From positions 1 to 46,260 of the forward strand of contig JBBQVM010000002.1 in the NCBI GenBank assembly GCA_038211525.1: a stretch of DNA of 46,260 bases. The letters are read 5' to 3'. Source of the stretch: Bacteroidia bacterium. Lineage in GTDB: Bacteria; Bacteroidota; Bacteroidia; AKYH767-A; OLB10. Within the stretch, counting starts at the first letter, position 1, and each line of letters begins with the position of its first letter. The notes below the pieces were generated by a model. That model searched no databases, was not told the origin of the DNA, and saw only the letters and a list, made by a program, of their open reading frames with translations. Positions 45,700 to 46,260 of this stretch are shown here, piece by piece. Both the position numbers and the translations under genes were made by a program.

Positions 45700-45707
45700 T
45701 ATCTTTG
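45700..45707 (+). promoter_or_regulatory. -7 promoter box TATCTTTG for the CNNM/CorC gene
   Basis: Exact TAnnTTTG, 18 nt upstream of the ATG at 45726. Confidence 0.45.
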
Positions 45708-45725
45708 CAGCGAAACAACAACTGA

Positions 45726-46260
45726 ATGGTTTTAGACCTCTTTATTACCTTATTACTTCTTCTTTTAAATGGCTTTTTTGTTGCCGCTGAATTTGCCATC
45801 GTAAAAGTACGCTCGGCACAAATAGATTTGAAGGCCAGCACCGGCAGTCGGGTGGCAGGTATTGCCAAGCACATTGTAGACCACATGGATGCCTATTTAT
45901 CGGCCAACCAATTAGGCATTACAATGACCAGTTTGGCACTAGGCTGGTTTGGAGAAGAAGTTTTTTCACATGTCATTATCCGACTTTTTGAGTTGGTAGG
46001 TTTTCATGTAGATCCGGCTTCGGCACATAAAGTAGCTTTCCCGGCAGCATTTGGACTGTTAACTATACTCCACATAGTACTGGGTGAGCTTGCGCCGAAA
46101 ACTATTGCCATTCGCCATCCACTTGCTACTACCTTGTCGGTGTCGTTACCCCTGAGAATATTTTATATTATTTTTAGTCCGCTCATTTGGGTGTTGAATA
46201 ACATGGCTAATCTGTTGGTTAGAATGATCGGCATAAAACCAACAATAGGGCACGACATTC
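45726..46260 (+). CDS. CNNM/DUF21-domain HlyC/CorC-family membrane protein, N-terminal ~178 codons (runs off the right edge)
   Basis: Absent from the ORF track (open at the edge). My translation: MVLDLFITLLLLLLNGFFVAAEFAIVKVRSAQID...ANQLGITMTSLALGW...LGELAPKTIAIRHP, typical of the DUF21 transmembrane domain. Confidence 0.85.
   Translation, partial: MVLDLFITLLLLLLNGFFVAAEFAIVKVRSAQIDLKASTGSRVAGIAKHIVDHMDAYLSANQLGITMTSLALGWFGEEVFSHVIIRLFELVGFHVDPASAHKVAFPAAFGLLTILHIVLGELAPKTIAIRHPLATTLSVSLPLRIFYIIFSPLIWVLNNMANLLVRMIGIKPTIGHDI

Noticed and set aside
1-46260. Searched by eye for CRISPR repeats, tRNA/rRNA genes, IS elements, integrases, phage genes, reverse transcriptases and toxin-antitoxin pairs
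   Set aside because: I found none. There are no regularly spaced direct repeats and no tRNA-like T-arm motifs in the intergenic regions. All large ORFs are accounted for by housekeeping or envelope functions, so the window is core chromosome rather than an accessory island.

Overview
AT-rich chromosomal segment from a Bacteroidota bacterium that appears capable of gliding motility and type IX secretion (T9SS). The evidence is gldB-gldC, two proteins with T9SS C-terminal sorting domains, many TAnnTTTG -7 promoter boxes, and almost no Shine-Dalgarno sequences. The window is mostly core genome, about 44 tightly packed CDS. Left to right: the start of the dcw cluster on the minus strand (mraZ-rsmH-ftsL-ftsI-murE-mraY, mraY cut by the window edge); a two-gene N-acyl amino-acid (glycine-lipid type) lipid pair; engB; gldC-gldB; nadE; korAB; trmB; a cobalamin riboswitch driving a BtuB-like TonB-dependent receptor plus a 7-bladed beta-propeller lipoprotein; and a gamma-CA-like/DUF4421-like/DUF3667-like trio. 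Next comes a long minus-strand outer-membrane biogenesis block (CBS protein, BamA-like OMP, nadK, two paralogous beta-barrel genes, uppS, bamA, skp x2, murI). It is followed by pdxJ, serA, a T9SS cargo gene, a methyltransferase + GNAT pair, recJ, and small envelope proteins. A CNNM/CorC-type gene runs off the right edge. I saw no rRNA, tRNA, CRISPR array, transposase, integrase or phage genes, and no recognisable defence or toxin-antitoxin module. I cannot point to a clear-cut novel system. The best candidates for undescribed biology are: (1) the uncharacterised members embedded in the BamA/UppS supercluster; (2) a helically phased TTAAC repeat array upstream of a T9SS cargo gene; (3) a GGTGG-TAAA-GGT motif present three times between mraZ and the lipid operon; (4) the gamma-CA/DUF4421/DUF3667 trio; (5) a 455-bp unexplained intergenic region. 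Family names (DUFxxxx, Omp28, BtuG) are recalled from memory, not from a search, and need HMM confirmation.
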